Assembly (NCBI GenBank): GCA_046563655.1
Contig: CM102284.1
Location: 5,704,001-5,768,000, forward strand
Direction: 5' to 3'
Length of the DNA: 64,000 bases
Source of the DNA: Yuukianura sp. NJ FZ-2021
Taxonomy: Eukaryota
The notes beneath the pieces were generated by a model. It was not told where the DNA came from and made no database searches. It worked only from the letters and a program-made list of their open reading frames with translations. How positions within the stretch are numbered: the stretch's first letter is position 1; each line of letters opens with the position of its first letter. Position numbers and translations under genes: made by a program. Shown in pieces: positions 1 through 21,910 of the stretch.

Positions 1-539
1 AAATTCGGTATGCTTTGAGCTCTACTCTACGAGGAAGGTAGCGCCTGTCTTTTATATTTTTAGTACTCAAAAAAAGTTGTACTAAACCGAACGCTCACAC
101 TTTTGTTCAAATGGTTTTCTTTTCTTAGAATTGGTGAGTTAGCAGCTGCTGCTGGGGACTGCAACAGTAAAGTACAAGAACATGTTCTGTTAGCCCAACA
201 GAACATAGAACTTTTGTTTATTTTGACAGAGATTTTATGGGGAAGGAGCCAAACGCAAAGAAGCCAAATGTGGCAGAAACCCAAACTGAAGTTGGACTTT
301 TATAAAGGCAGCTCTACACTAGTATTCGTTTCAAAAGGGATTTCATGGAGTGAAAGTCAGAGAAAAGGCATGATGTCCGGGTTTTGTGGCCTGGACTTCT
401 GGACAACAAAAGTTAATGGTCACCGGAAGTTACCACAACACCCGCCACCCAATTCTATGACTTTGACCAAATTGAGCTTTCTAGAGGGAAAATGCTCTGG
501 AGTGGTCAACTTTTGTGTTTTTGGAACAAAAAAATGTTA

Positions 540-2267
<1,728 letters not shown>

Positions 2268-5200
2268 CTAACTTTTTCGTATACTTTGGGATGAAGGTTC
2301 TTGTGAAACTGTGGGGTGATTTAGAAGACCGCCGCGGCGTCTGAACTACCGAAAAAAATATTCCCCCAGCTGAAAGAACAAAAGGAAGCAGGGGAAAGGG
2401 AGGATTCTTTTCCCTTCCTTCTGATTTCAACCGCAGGGTTCTGGCCGCGGTGTAGAACAAAAGTGATACACGACTTCCAGAAATTTTCTCCAGTGACATC
2501 GATATTGCTGTGGAAACAACGCTGCAGTTCCAGCGAGTGCCAAAATCGCTGCAACAGAGCCAAAGTTTTCAAAACTTTGAAATTTCATGACCGGGGCTTA
2601 CTCAACATAGCAAAATTTTCGAAAAGGAGTCGTAGCACATCAGAATCAACATTTGCATAACTTTCTCTCCAGCGACTTAGCCTCAGGCGGGATTAGGGTT
2701 CGACCATGAGTCAGTCTCAGTCGTTTCCCAGTTCCGGTTTTCGTGCCGGTACGACGGTACGGTACGTCGATCATCCATTTTGAGATGGTCGTTCGGGCGG
2801 AACTTGGCAGCCTTACCTAACATAACCCCGTCGCTGTCGTGGTTAGGGGAGGAAATTCGTTGAAAATCTGACGGGCATCTGAAAAGAGAAAACCCTCCGC
2901 AGAGCCCACAGAATATCATCCGCAATATTCACCAAATCCCTCACCCTCCTCCGGTTTTTAGAAAGCGCCTTTCAATAGCACACAACACCAATGGATCCAT
3001 ACAGCTCCCAAAGTGGATATCCCAGAACCCATGAATCAGAGCAAATCTCCCCTCCACCCTAACAAGAACAACAGTTCAGGGCAGCAGATGAACCCATAAC
3101 ACAGGCAGGGTCACCAACAGTTACACAAAGCTCGCTCATGGCCGCTCTTCCAACAAAAGTAAAGTCCCTAGGCACTCTGTCGTCACCAACAGCAGTACGG
3201 TTCCCATCTTTTCAAAATTCAAAAAATCCAAAATTAAATCTCCACGGATTTCCTCAGAACAAGGGGGAGCTTGGGGGTCATACTAGCTGGCCTCCCCACC
3301 CCCGCTTAGACTGAAATAGATGATCGCCAAAATTCAAAATTAGTTTTTACTATGTCCAGAGACATCAGCGGTGCACATGGATGACTACCCCGCACCCATT
3401 TTTAAAAGCAAGGCGTGCAGCGGGTGGGGAGAGACGTTTCGTGTAATAAAGACATTAACTCCCTTTCCGTGTCCAAAGGAGAGGGGAACCACAGAACTAA
3501 TCTCGACCCCAAAAAACACCCCGCATCATATACAAAAACGCAAAAGCAAAAACCGGAGACTTTATGCCCACCACCACCCTTAGACACGACATCCACAGCC
3601 AAAAACCTTCGTCAATGGATCCATTTATGATGACATTACCCAACCTCCCCACCCTCCAAGTCCCAAAAAATGCACCCCCGCCCCCCAACCATTTCAAGTT
3701 TTTAAGTGCTCTACACCAACTACATATTGCTCAATGTAGGAAACCGTTTTGATGACCATGGGAACGCTCAAATTACAGGCACAAAATTTTTTTGAGAACT
3801 TTTCAAGAAGTATGTCATCACGAATTCGAAGGAGGAGGGCAAGCTTCCTTTGGCAACGAAAAGTTGATTTTCTTTAACAGGTTGAGTACTGCCTCGCTTG
3901 TTGACAAAAAAAAAGTTAGTAGCAAAACCAATTTTTTTACCAATTCGTATGCAAAAATATGCAAAGATTCGGTTGTATTGTTATGTCTACGATGCTCTCA
4001 AATGAAAAGACAGTTTTTCTTGTAAAATCGGAAAAAACATGAGGTATTACCCAACCTGTTAAAGAAAATCAAATTTAAAAAACCTTGGAGGAGGGGGTTG
4101 TTCAAAATTTTGGCACCAAATTTGGACAAAAACCAAAGTTTGAATTTTAAACAGGGTGGTCCTACACAAGGGCAAGGCACAGGGCCAAGAAATTCTTAAC
4201 AATAAATCCCCTGGTCTTATAAAACTTGAAATTTTATTCAAAATTTTGAACATTTATTTGAACATGGGGTTTTGGCTAACAAAAAGGAAAACCTTGGAAG
4301 ATTTATGACTTCCTTTGGATTTTATTCTCTTCTAATTCGTTTTTGAAAAAGGAATTTTGAAAACCCGGACAATGAAGAGATCTGACCGGTCACTGACCCC
4401 AAATCCAAAGAAACAAAGTTGTTCTGTAGAAAACCTTGGAGGCAGAGGGTCACTTCACATCAGAATGGACAGTTTTATGACCAATCTGTTCCCTTGCAGA
4501 AGGTCAACAGCCTCACCCTGACCTCGTTTCGTCTGTTGTGGTCCTGGGACGAGGCCTTGAAGCTAGTTGCTCCTGTTCAGCGGAATCAAAAGAAACTGTT
4601 GATCCCTTCCAGGAAAAGTGAGTTTGAAAAGAGGTTTGGAGAGCAGAGGAGAAAGTTTTCTTTAAAAGTTTCAAATTTGTTCCCATTCTGAACTTCCGGA
4701 ACGTTTTGGAGCTGATCCAAGCCTTTATATGGGCTTTAGCACCTTCACTATTTCATTTTGTCATGCATTTATTCACCACTTTCACTTCCAGGAAAGAATA
4801 TCATTTGAATTGGGGAGTTTATAAGGTCTGGGAAGAAAAGTGCGGGCCGAGGGACGCCTTGTGGTTGTTTCAAACCGCTCTTCACTTTCGCTTTTCCCGC
4901 AATTTTTACTTTCACTCCAACCCTCGCTTTGCTTTCTCCAGAATTTGCAAGATCTTAGACACTTTTACAGCATGACGTAGCATATCAAAACATAAGCTGA
5001 CACTTCACAACATCTTAACATGATGCAACGTAGTACAAAAATGCTCAGCATTTGCAATTTTGTGACTTTTGTTTCGTTTAGGGCGTCATTTGACCTTTGA
5101 CCAGCTTTCCTCGAGTCAATTTCGGTTAAACTGAGTCCGAATTTGAAGTAACCGCACTGTACATGTGCTGTTAGCCAACAAAGATGAATTCCATTTTTGG

Positions 5201-8200
5201 TGGTTCGTTGTGGATACTTTGGTTGAGACTTTGGGAAGTTTTATGAGCCTGACTATCGTTTGGACAAAGTCCAAAAAATCTCCTTCGGAAACCACTGAAA
5301 TCTCTCCGCAAAAGAACCGAAAGAGGACAAGAGAAAAGTAAAGAAGAGATCTTCAGTCCTAGTCAGTTTGGAATCACCCACTTCCGGATCGGAGCAAGTA
5401 TCAACCGAAATAGCTCTTAGCCAGAAATTGCGACAAATCGACTACTTCCCAGCAGCAAAATCCCGTCTTCCTCCTCTTGTAAAAAAATACAGAGAGATCT
5501 CAATTCCAAATGGAATCTATCCAATAAAATCAAATCCACTTTCTCTCTCCAAAGGAAAAATTCAAAGCAGAGCATTGAATGCTACCCAATCGTCCGAATT
5601 AAGACAATTGAAGGCCAAGGGACGGGGGACTTAATCTATTGTTTGGAGATCTCAATCTCAAAGATTTAAGATCGAAGGGACCCCTTATGTTTGTCTGGTT
5701 GTTTGAAATGGTTCAGTGGCCCTTCAAGCAGAGAATAAGTTACAAAACTGAAAAGTGATCCCTATCCATTTGGTAAAATACAAAGGGACTTAAGGGCTCC
5801 CAGTCCCTTCCCAAGCCCAAAACCAGAACAAATTTCAATGAATCCACAACTTCTCAAGAGTGTAACAAAACACAATACAAGGCTTTGACAAGATCCTCTC
5901 TTTTCTTTCTTTATCTTCATCCGATGCTTTCAAATATCCTGGAATCTGAACCTATCGTTAGGCTAAGGTTAGGTTTTGAAATTCTCGTTAGGCTGGGACT
6001 GTTGAAATCCTCTTAATTGAGTTATGAAAGGTGGACAGGGAGCTTGCAATAGATTTTCAAAAAAATGAAGGAAAAAGTTTTGACAATCAACAATGAAAAT
6101 TTGTGGGAGGAGATTTTTTCACTTTTTTTTCAAATTCTTAAATTTTTGTTATATTTTTCTTGGTTGGAGTTTCTCAGATTGTGGTAGGCTAACTTCGGTT
6201 AGGTTAAGATAGCTGGAGAGAGTTGGGTTATGTTAGAGGAGTGTTATTGGTTATTGGTGTGTGTAATTGGGCATCTCGGGTGCTCAATTCCCCACTTTCT
6301 CCAATCCCCAAATCCAGAATCGAGAAGCTTTCTAGAAGTGATTCAAGTTAGACGTGGAATTCCTTTGGCCGGAGAAAGCAGGAAGCCGATAAGGAAATCC
6401 TCTCCTCAATCTCACACCAACTTCAACTTCTACCAAAATTTCACATCCACAATCCACCACATTTAGAAAAGTTAGGGTAAGAGATCTCAAAGAAACGAAA
6501 AAGAGGAAAAGACTTCATCAAACAATAAAATGGGATTGGGAAACTGTCTCAAATTGTCTCCGCTCTTCTCAGAAGAGTAAAAGTCGGCGTGGCTTTCCTG
6601 TTCTTTTGGTTTGGATTTGGCAGATAGGATTCTTGATCTGAATGGAAACATATCTTCCACCACGATACTTTTTTATAGAAACGCAATGGTTAGTGTGCCT
6701 AGTGTTAGGTTAGATTTTGGTTAGTTTAAGGTTAGGCTTTTTCAAAGGGAGTGAAAGTGAGAGGAGAGACATTGGAGTGAAAGTGGACGGAGAGTGAAAG
6801 TGACTCTTTCTTACTTATTGTTAGCCACTCATAGAGGACACGCTCGTTGGTGGCGTCAGTAACATAAATGCAATAAACTTGAGAAAAAAAATGAGAATTG
6901 AAAAACTTTAGTTTAGTCATTTTATTTTTAGTTTTCATTTATTATGTAAATATTTTTGATCAAATCACAAATCCTCATTTGAAGAATCAACATGAACTGG
7001 TATGGATTTCCTCCACCTTAAATGTCCAACATCGACGAAAATTTTAATTGACGTCGATTTTTTCTTCTTAAATTTAAAATTTAAAATTTGAACTCTCTTT
7101 TTAATGCGTTTCAAAATGTTCACTAGTTATCAGAAAATTTTCCGGACATTTCACAACTTTTTTTAAATTGAAAATCAAAGGATTTTTTTTACATAAAATG
7201 GTAGTAAAATTTAGTTTACATTCTGAGACAACTTGCTTTTCCCTCGGGAAATAGCACATGAAAAACCAATGTGCATAAAAACTAAAAATGGTTTGGAAGA
7301 TTTTTTTTTGAAATTTTGCAACAAGTCTGCTAATGTTAAAGCAAAAGACTTGACTGTGGCAGAAAATGAGAATTTTGAAGAAGAAGACCTTGTAAAAGTA
7401 ATTTATTTTTCTTTATGCTTGTTTAAGTGTTTAAAAGTTTTTAAAACTGTTGCTTCCATAAGCTTAAAACGAAGAGGGTTGGTTTTTTTTATGTTTTCAG
7501 GTTAAGATGAGGAAAGGGGGTTGGTTGAAATTAGGTTTCTGCTGATTTTTATCTTCTATTGTTCTCTACCACGTTTCAGTATTTTACAAAAACAGAATGC
7601 TCAGAATGGGTTGGTTAGGTAGAAACTTTACAGTTTGTTAAAAAGATGAGCGGAAGTGGAAGAGGTGTGGATTTCATTTACTTTTTGAAAGCAGGATTTT
7701 AGTTGTCCTCTTCAAATTTTTCCTAATTTCAAACTAGGGTGTAATTATGGTAATTCGCTTTTCAACTACGCCCATTTCTACACACACTTCCGCCTTCCCT
7801 GTCTACACTCCTGTACAATTTCAAAAAAATTGACGAATCAATGTACTACCATGCACAACGAACTTTATAACTTAAAAAAAGAATTCTGTGAAACCAGCCA
7901 TACTTTTGTTTTCGAAAAACAAAATTTTCGGAGTTGTGATGAACCTGTATGCTGTTTGACATTAATTCCACATTTTTTCCAAGGTGTTTGAAATTAGTTT
8001 AAAGTTGAGTTTAACTATGACTAAAGTTTGTGAAATGTCGTTAAGTTCCGTTATTTATGGAGGCGGAAAGACTTTGTCGCGTCTTTAAAAAAGCGCAGAA
8101 TTGCAGTAAAAATTTAAAAATTTGGCTCAGAGGGAAAAAAACGAAAAACGCACTTTTAGAAAAAAAAGAAATGAAGAAATCCAAAACCGCTAGTTTGAAA

Positions 8201-9106
8201 CGGTTCGTGTTGTGAAAGGCGTCTAATAAATCCATTGGGATTTGGGATCCTCTTGACAGTTTTATAGTGTCCAGTGGCCCCCATTTTTATGACGCCTCCA
8301 AAAATGAAAACCAAAATCCAAATAGCCTTTCTGTCCAAAAAATTCAAAAAATAAAGACAAGGATCTAAACAGACAACGGCTGCATCCACTTTTCGACCAA
8401 AAGCCTGTTACTTGTAGAAGAACGAACAAGGAATGTTAAGTCTCTAGGCATGTAAAGTGGATCCATTGAATTATGCCATAGGACTTGGAAAATGGAACTT
8501 CAGCACTGGAACTGGAATGAAAGTGGAGAAACTTTGTCGATGTGGCGCTGAAACCGCAGAAAAGGCGTCCCACCCAGGAGCTTGGAAGGGGGCGAGGGGG
8601 TGGTTTTGGTGGAACTTGCTCTATCCAGAACTTCCAGTGACGTTCCACACTGTCTATTCTCGCTTTCCCCAATTAATTCCCTATCGTCGACCGTGTTTCT
8701 GTTCTGGATTTTGATAATGCCCTGTCTGTGGCTGCTTCCAAAGTGAAAACCACCCTTTACCTTTCCCTTCCTATTTCCAGCGTTTTCTCCAGGAACTGGA
8801 ACAGGAGGCGGGCGGCAAAAGCCACAAAAACCGAACGGAGGGAGGGAGGCATAGAAAGGGGAGAAAGTCCTGGCCATTGTTCACTCACTCCGCAATATAA
8901 GAACCACGCAATAGGACTCCTTCCAGGCCAGTACAACGGACTGGAAGGTCCAATTCGGAACATACACTCCAACTACTCAAAGGTCATCGTCCAAAAATTA
9001 CACAACATAAAGTTAACTGCCTAACATAGTTTAATCTAAGCGAACTGCTTTGACCCGATCTGGAGCATAGAAAACCAAATCTGTAAAAAAGCGAACTGAA
9101 CCAGCC

Positions 9107-11591
<2,485 letters not shown>

Positions 11592-14500
11592 CTTTCGAAA
11601 CAAAAAAAAACGTAGAAGCAGTGGAACTTCGCTTTTTTAAAAAACAAAACAGAAGCACGTGGAACTGCTTTCCCCCTCCCGTCTTTTCTCCCGCGTAAAA
11701 ATTCCCGGGTAAGAATTTTTCACTTTTGATACTAGAGGGGAGAAAGCGTGCGCCTCCGAAAAAAATCTTGTCAAAAACTTTTTTCCTTTGAATTTTTCAG
11801 GTCCCGCTTGTAAGATGGCGCCTTTCCCCACTTTTTCTTTTGTCGCTTTCTCCATCATCTTCCGGCGTCTTTTCCATTTTATTCCACCAGGGAGACACTT
11901 TCTAGAAGCCTGCAGCTTCTTTCTCGTCTCCAAAATATCAGATTCAGCTTTTGAAACATCGCGCGTCCACCTCCCGTCCCGGGTAATGTAGAACGAGTTT
12001 AAGAATTCAAAAAAATTGTTCGAAAAAGAAACTAGCACGCTAGAATTGTTGAAACTTAAAGTTAACATTGTTGCAGCTAAGATTTTTCCTCCTGTTTGAA
12101 CATTGTTGACCTTTAGATTTTGTTCAAAAGTGAGCAAAATTTTGTTCTAGAGTTGAATAAAGGCTAGACTGAAAGTGAAAGCTGCTTTCACTTCCACTGA
12201 AAAGATGAAAGTCCACGGAGAGGCAATTAATTAACAAATAATTAGTCTAGAGACTTTGTAATCAAAGGGCTCGTTTACCCTCACTAAGCAACCTCACACA
12301 AAAGCCGTTAGCTCTTCAACGTTCAAAAACACATCGCTAGAACAGGATTCGCCTCGATCTGTTCTAAAATTTTAGAACACAGTCTGTTCTGAACAAACTA
12401 CAAGCAGTAAAGTCTGTTGTTCCTCCCTTCGCGTAGGAATTTAATATCAACTTTCACTCTGGAGGGCAGCCGGAAATTTATTTTCTAATTTTGTAAACAA
12501 AAGTTCATTGATTTCCAGAGTGAAAGTAAATTTTGAAAACAGCCTAGGGACGAAATTTTGAAAAAGCGAGGCTTGGAGAGTTTTAAAAATTAAAAAGTAA
12601 AAAAATTTCGTCATTCGGTTTTATTTAGTTTTATATTTTAGCCTTTCCCGGCTGCTTTCGTGTTTGAAATGAAAGTTACATGAGCGAAAACGTTTTTATT
12701 TAGAGTTTGTTTTTATTAGAATATTTTGGTTGGTGTAATGAAGGCAGAAGGGGGTTCAGAATGTTGTTTAATTTTTTTTTTCAAAAGAGAAAACAGAAAA
12801 AGCAACTTTTTGCTACTTTCTTTTTTGAATGCACTTTTGGAGTGGTCCCGAGAGACTAGATTTCCTTGGATTTAAATGTATGAAAGAGAATGTTCCGCCA
12901 CATGTTCCTCTAATCGACTTCTCATACCAAGCACATCTCCTCTTCCAAAAAGCGAGAGAACCTAAAGTAAACCTAACTTAGACTAAGCATAACCTAAAAG
13001 CTAACTTTTGGAAAGAAGCGAAGGAAATATTTGGATATTTATCCCGCTGCTGCTGTTCAAACTAACCTAACTTCTCCATTTCTTCTCCATCATTATCCGG
13101 AAACTTGGAAACACAAAAGACCGCGTGCCAGATTTCCTATTTTAGATTTCCTGGAGTTTTGAAAAAAGCTGGAGGGAGAAAGTGAACCGGCTGGAAGTGA
13201 AAGGAGGGAGTAACTACGCTTCGAGTTGCTTTGCTTCTACTTGTAACCTAACCTAACTTTGAACAACGTATGTGTTGGTAGATGATGAATTAGGAAGATC
13301 AGACGGGGGTTGAGCTCCACTTCCACTTCTCATTTAACTTGTGCTTGCTCCCCCTTTCTCCATTTAAAAAAGAGTGACTGACTGGCACAAGAAAAAAGAA
13401 AACAGGAGCTATGGCGACATTCCACTGAGATGAATCTCAACGGAAGATCAAATGTCACTCTCCCCTCAGGAACATCAAAAACAGTCATTTAGAAAAGTGT
13501 CCACAAGCACAAAGTGTCCCTTTGATATTTAATTAAAGTCACAACTTCAGCCTCTTCACTGAGTTCAAGTTAGTTTTAGTTACTCCCGCCACTTCACTTC
13601 AATTCACTGACAACATGACTAGCCTTGCCTATGTTAATACGGAGCTCTAGTAGCAACCTGCCGAAAATACGCAGAAAAACTTGATGAAACGCATCAATTT
13701 TCCAAAAAATACTGGCAACTTTTCATGAAATACAGCAACATTGCACAAAATTGAGCAACCTTCCAGGAAACGCAGCAACTTTCCAGTCTACAGTGCAGCA
13801 ACAACATTCATTGAAAAGCGAGGAGAAATTCAAGAAATGATGCAGAAATTTTCACTTTGTTTTTGGTTTTCACTGAGCAGTAGCATGTGTTGGAGTTGAG
13901 CATGAAGCAACCGAGGTCAAATGACATGATGATGAGAAGACATTGGAGACTGCCAAGAAAGAATGGAAAGTGAAAGTGTGAACAGCCAAAGTGAAAATGT
14001 TCCGAAAGAGGAAAGTGAAAGTGGCAGTAAGAGAAAGCTAATGAGAAAAAGAAGAGGCTGATATTAAAGTCATAAATTCAGAAAAAAAGAAGAAATAACA
14101 TTTTGGTAGCAGGAAATAGCTGGAGAAAAGGCACCAAAAACCAATTCTTTTTTTCCTTAAGTTTTCCTTTCCCTCAAAATCATTCTCTTCTCCTCACACT
14201 TTGGCAATAAAAAGGAGGAAAGAAAAGAAAAGGCTAAAACCGAATAACCCAAAGCTTAAAACCTAAACACTACAAAGCTTATTATCAGAACCAAAAAAAA
14301 GAGTAGCTATAGGTTTATGGGGTGAAGGAAAATAAGCTTTCTCCCCTCAAAATTGGAAAGTTGAAAAAAGTAGCCAATTTTGAAAGAATGGAGGTTTTGC
14401 TGCTTTAAAACTTCAGTGTATTCTATGTTTAAAACCTATTTTGTCCAACTCAGACTCATTTTACACACTTGTTCAAGCGTGTTTTAAATCAAAATTGCAG

Positions 14501-17500
14501 AATTGCCTCGGAGCTATGCGTTTGCAAGAGGAAAAGAAAAAGCTGGTAACCTTTGACCTTTAAAAATTTTGAATCTTTAGTTAGTACAGAGAAAAGCAAA
14601 AAATCACGTCGAAAATTGTCTATTTTGTTTTAATCTGTGCGCATTGTAAAGCGCGAGCAAAGCTCAAAGAGCCGTGTGCGGAGTGTCAATTTGGAAAAGT
14701 GTCTTGTCTTGTCTACTAGAAACTGGACAAGTCTTTTTTCCTGGAGCAAGAACCGATTAGAACAAAATCTCCAACAGCTTTAGTCACGGCGTCCGAAAAA
14801 AAAATCACGGTGCGACAGTTTGTCTGAGAAGTTCGTGTGTCAGAAAATTGGTCAAATCCTCCCCCTGTCACGACCACTTTCCCCTTCCTTCCTTTTGTTT
14901 CCTTCTAAAGACTTTGTCCAATAATCAGAATCGAATCGGACACTCACTCAGCCTCTGCTCGTCCCACCGACACAATTCGTTTCACATTTCGCTTCTTGAT
15001 TTTTCACAATGATACCCCCGCCGGAAGTTATTGTCTTCACTCAAAGAAGGAACGGAAACAGACCAAAACCTTAGTATTAACTTGAACAAAAACTTAAACT
15101 TGTTCACTTTTGTGTGTCCTCCTAAAGTACCACTTTAACTTCACAAGTTTCTTGTGAGGGAGAAGCTAATTTGGAAAATTGGACATAAATCTTCGTTTTT
15201 TTTCTCTCTATGGCTTAACCTACCCTACAGCAGGAGAAAGTACGTTAAATTTTTTGTTCCCGAAAAGTTCAGGAGTCCACTTGAGAAACAGCTTCATTTC
15301 TTTCCAGAGCTGGAGATTTCCTGGACGGAGAGGGAACAAGGTTAGGTGAGGTGGAATGTCTTTTTCAGAAAATGGAATAGAGAATTAGAGAAAGTGATTC
15401 TTTTTTGAAAAAGTGGGCAGTAATACCCACGGTGGGCCATTTTCTGAAAGTAGAAAGAAGCCGATTTCTGGATTTTTCGGAGAAAGTTGTCACGATCAAG
15501 ACTTTCACTTTTGCTGGAAGGCAGAAAAGGCTGCCTGGACAGCAGTCTAAGGATCTTGACTTGGATACAGGGGTGACATGGTGATTGTGGAGGATACCAA
15601 CTGTCACCACGCTACGGAGGTCAAGCTTTCTCCAGGAAAAAAAAACCCTCCCCCCTCCGGGATGCGATGCTGACGTACTTTGTTCCATGGGAGAAAAGCC
15701 AGATGGGAAGTATTAGGAAGCTTTCTCTTTCAGACGCTTCACAACTGAATTGTTAGAGATCAATTGTGATTCAAATGGACATGGAGACTACTTCTGGACA
15801 TGGACAGAGACTAGGAAGAGGGAGAATTCAAATCAATAACTTATTCAGACACGCACTCACTTTCAAATAACCATTCATCACGGACAGTTCACACTCTGCT
15901 TCAAAATAATCCCAATTTCAATTCAAATCTGCTCTGCCGAAAACGGCCACTTTCAACGATTTCCATCATTGCAAATTTTTCATTCTTTCTCTTCTCTTTA
16001 GTAGTTTTATTTTTTGAATCATTGAAATTGGTTTTTTTTTTTAGTAAAAATGAGTTTGTGTTTGCTTTGTTAGGTTAAGTTTGAAGACAAAAGTGAAAGA
16101 GAGAGAAAGTTGTGCTGCTAGGGGAGTGTTCCAGGTCTTTGGTTTTAATTTGGATCTTTTGTTAATTACTTTGTGTTTCCTAATGAGCTCCTTTCCAAGG
16201 GAATCTCATCCACTTCCATCATCATCACACTATCAACCTTACAACGGCGCTCTTCACAGTTTTCACGGTTTGCTATAACAGGAAAGGCTTCTGCTGGTTC
16301 CAAGTTCAAATTGAAAGTAGAGAATTATCAAATATTCAGCTCCTGAAAAGGAAGAGTGAAAGTCCTTCAGTCTGCCCGCTCGTAGATTTTCTGCTCGGCT
16401 TCTCTTTCCCAGGGAATTAAAAGGGCGGGAGCTGGCAGGGAAGCGGATTAACGAAAGCCCCCTTCCCGCCCGTCCCTTTGTTTCATTAATTATTATTTCA
16501 TTAAACTTCATTATGTCTCCAGATCCCCGCCCCCACTTTTCCCTTTCAACTTCCCTTCTTAGGCCTAAACCCTCCCCACCCGAACTTTCACTTCTCAAAT
16601 GAATTAGAAAGACTCCGACTTTCTAGTAAGCAAAAGAAGGTTTTAGTAGCACTGCGAGGGAGCTCCTGGAAGGGATGCAGTACATGAATATTCATATAAG
16701 AGACAGGGGACACAGGGAAATATCTTCTGGAGAGAAAGTAAGTTTCTAAAAAGAGAAAGTTAGAGCAGTCAAATACTTTTTATTTCTCTGCCTTCTGCTG
16801 CCTTCTCAAAAGATCCTAAAAGGACTAAGGAAATTTCGATGTTGGGATCACGATCAGTAGTAAGAGGAACACGGCGGACTTTGTGGAAGAGAGTTTAGTA
16901 AGTTCACAAGTGGCCCCCCTTGCCTTACAAACTTCTTCTGGGTTAGGTCCAATTGGACTCAATGTTCTGAAAGAATTATTCTAGGAGAAAGTTAAAGTAG
17001 GGGGACGACAGGAGAGGCTTTTAGCTGATTGTTCTTCTCCTAATTAGATCCTTCGTACACCCTAAGAAAATATATTTTAGCAGTCAAAAACCAATGCCAA
17101 CACTTCCTCTATAGAATTTCCATGAAAATTTTTTACTAAATAGTCTAAATAACCAGCTTAACATAATCTAAAACAAGTGAGTATCATTGTAAAAGCCTAA
17201 AGACAAACTTTTGATTTGACCGTTTCGTTCTGGTTGACCTTTTCAAAATTTTCTGAAAATTGAAAAATTGGAGGCTCCAGTGTCACTTTTTTTCAGTTTC
17301 AGTTTCCAGCCTTCATCTCGGTTTCAAACTCTTTTGTTTCAAAAAATGTTGAAGATGATTGAACTTCAGGAGTGTTGGAATTGAATAAGGAATCAATTTC
17401 CTGGGTTGATGTGAGATTGATTGTAGGCAGATGAGATTGAAATGGAGTTGCCTCTGCTTTCTCCTGCCTTCACTTCCATCATCTTCATCTCCATGGTGCA

Positions 17501-19051
17501 CTAGCACGAAAAACCTACCCTAACTTTATATTTTTCAAAAAACTAACCTAACCATAGGACCCCTCCACGCGTTTAGCGACACGGTCCGCGTCAACTTTCA
17601 AATCTCTGGCTCACTTTCACTTTCCTCGGAGACAAATTACCTTGTCAGGTCTCAAATTTCCATGTTCCCCTTCCAGGAAAAGTCTAATTCCTCAGTCTCT
17701 GGCTTTCTCCAAATCCAAAGTATTCCATTTCCGTCTGTTCAAAACATCATTTAGACCTGGAGGCATATGCTTAGCAACCTAACTTAAGCTAAGCTTCTCC
17801 AGCATGCAGAGATCCTTCCAGCACCAGTTAATGGATCTACTTAGGTTTTCCTGGAAACAGAAAGTAGGGAGAGTTCTGGAATGGGCAGGTCTCTTAATCA
17901 AAGTTAATTGGAATAGCCTTTCCCAAGGTTATTTTCTGCTCCTTCCCTGACGAGCAGTGATGATGGTCTTTTCCCTTCTGGAATTTGGGTAATGGAAGGT
18001 TAGGCTAGACTCTTGTGCCCTTGTGTCTAAAGGGAAATTGGGAGTGAAAGTCGCCTGATGAGAGGCATAAATCAGGGCAAGTGGAAAGGAAACAACAAGG
18101 CGCTGGCACAAGTATCTTCCCATTATTTCCAAAATTCAACATTCTCTGCCTCTGTTCTATTCAACACTAAAATCAAAGCAACCTTCTCCCTTTTTTTCAT
18201 TCTTCACGCTTCTCTCATTTCCTGAAAAAAGCGTATACTATGAAGACTATTTTAATAGAAAACTTAAGAATAAAAAGGAGACGAAAAAAGGAAATTATGG
18301 AAGCGGAAATATCATCAAGCGAAGAGAGTCACCCTCTTCTTCATTTTTTTCTTCCATTCATTGACGATCGGATGGAACTAAATGAGAAAGTGAAAGTGCT
18401 CTTAGTTATACCTGGAAAAATAGAAAAAAAATGAAAGCAAAAGATGATTAACGGAGCAACCGGAGTTACGCGTTTCGTCCCCTGCCAATTCCGCACTTTT
18501 GTGTCTTCCAATGAACTTTCCTCACGCAGTGCTGTGCTAATTGGAACGGATTGATCTATGTATCGTAGCAGAAAGCTTATAGACTAGCTATCCTAAACTA
18601 AACTTAGTTCGCTAGGTGCTAGATTAGTAGCTAGCAGCTTGGAGTTTACTAGGAAGTGCTTATGAACACGAGAGAACAATTGGAGAAAGTGTGAGAAGTG
18701 AAACAGAAAGTTATAATTTGGCTCCCCTTCCAGGGAAACTTATTTCTGGAAAGTGGAAGATCATATTCCGGAAAGCGAAGGCCTTTGTTAGCACTTTTGA
18801 TTTATTTTCACTCCGTTTTAATTAAGTTCCTGCCACGCCCAAGGCTTCACGGTTCAGAACATGCTCTAGACTCATGGAAACAGAAATTTGGGAGAAAATT
18901 GGAGAAAGTGAGAACACGTTTTTAATTAATCAGAAGCGACAGTTTATTGTGAGCGGATTTTTGGAGAAACTAATTAATTTTAGAATTAGTTAAACAAAAA
19001 ATTGATTGTTCGAATTCACTTTAGTTTACTTAACCTTAATTAGTAGTACTT

Positions 19052-21910
<2,859 letters not shown>

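Noticed and set aside
11637-12137. 166-aa minus-strand ORF
   Set aside because: Antisense to the probable RunxA-like 3'UTR, with a non-ATG start and low-complexity K/F composition.
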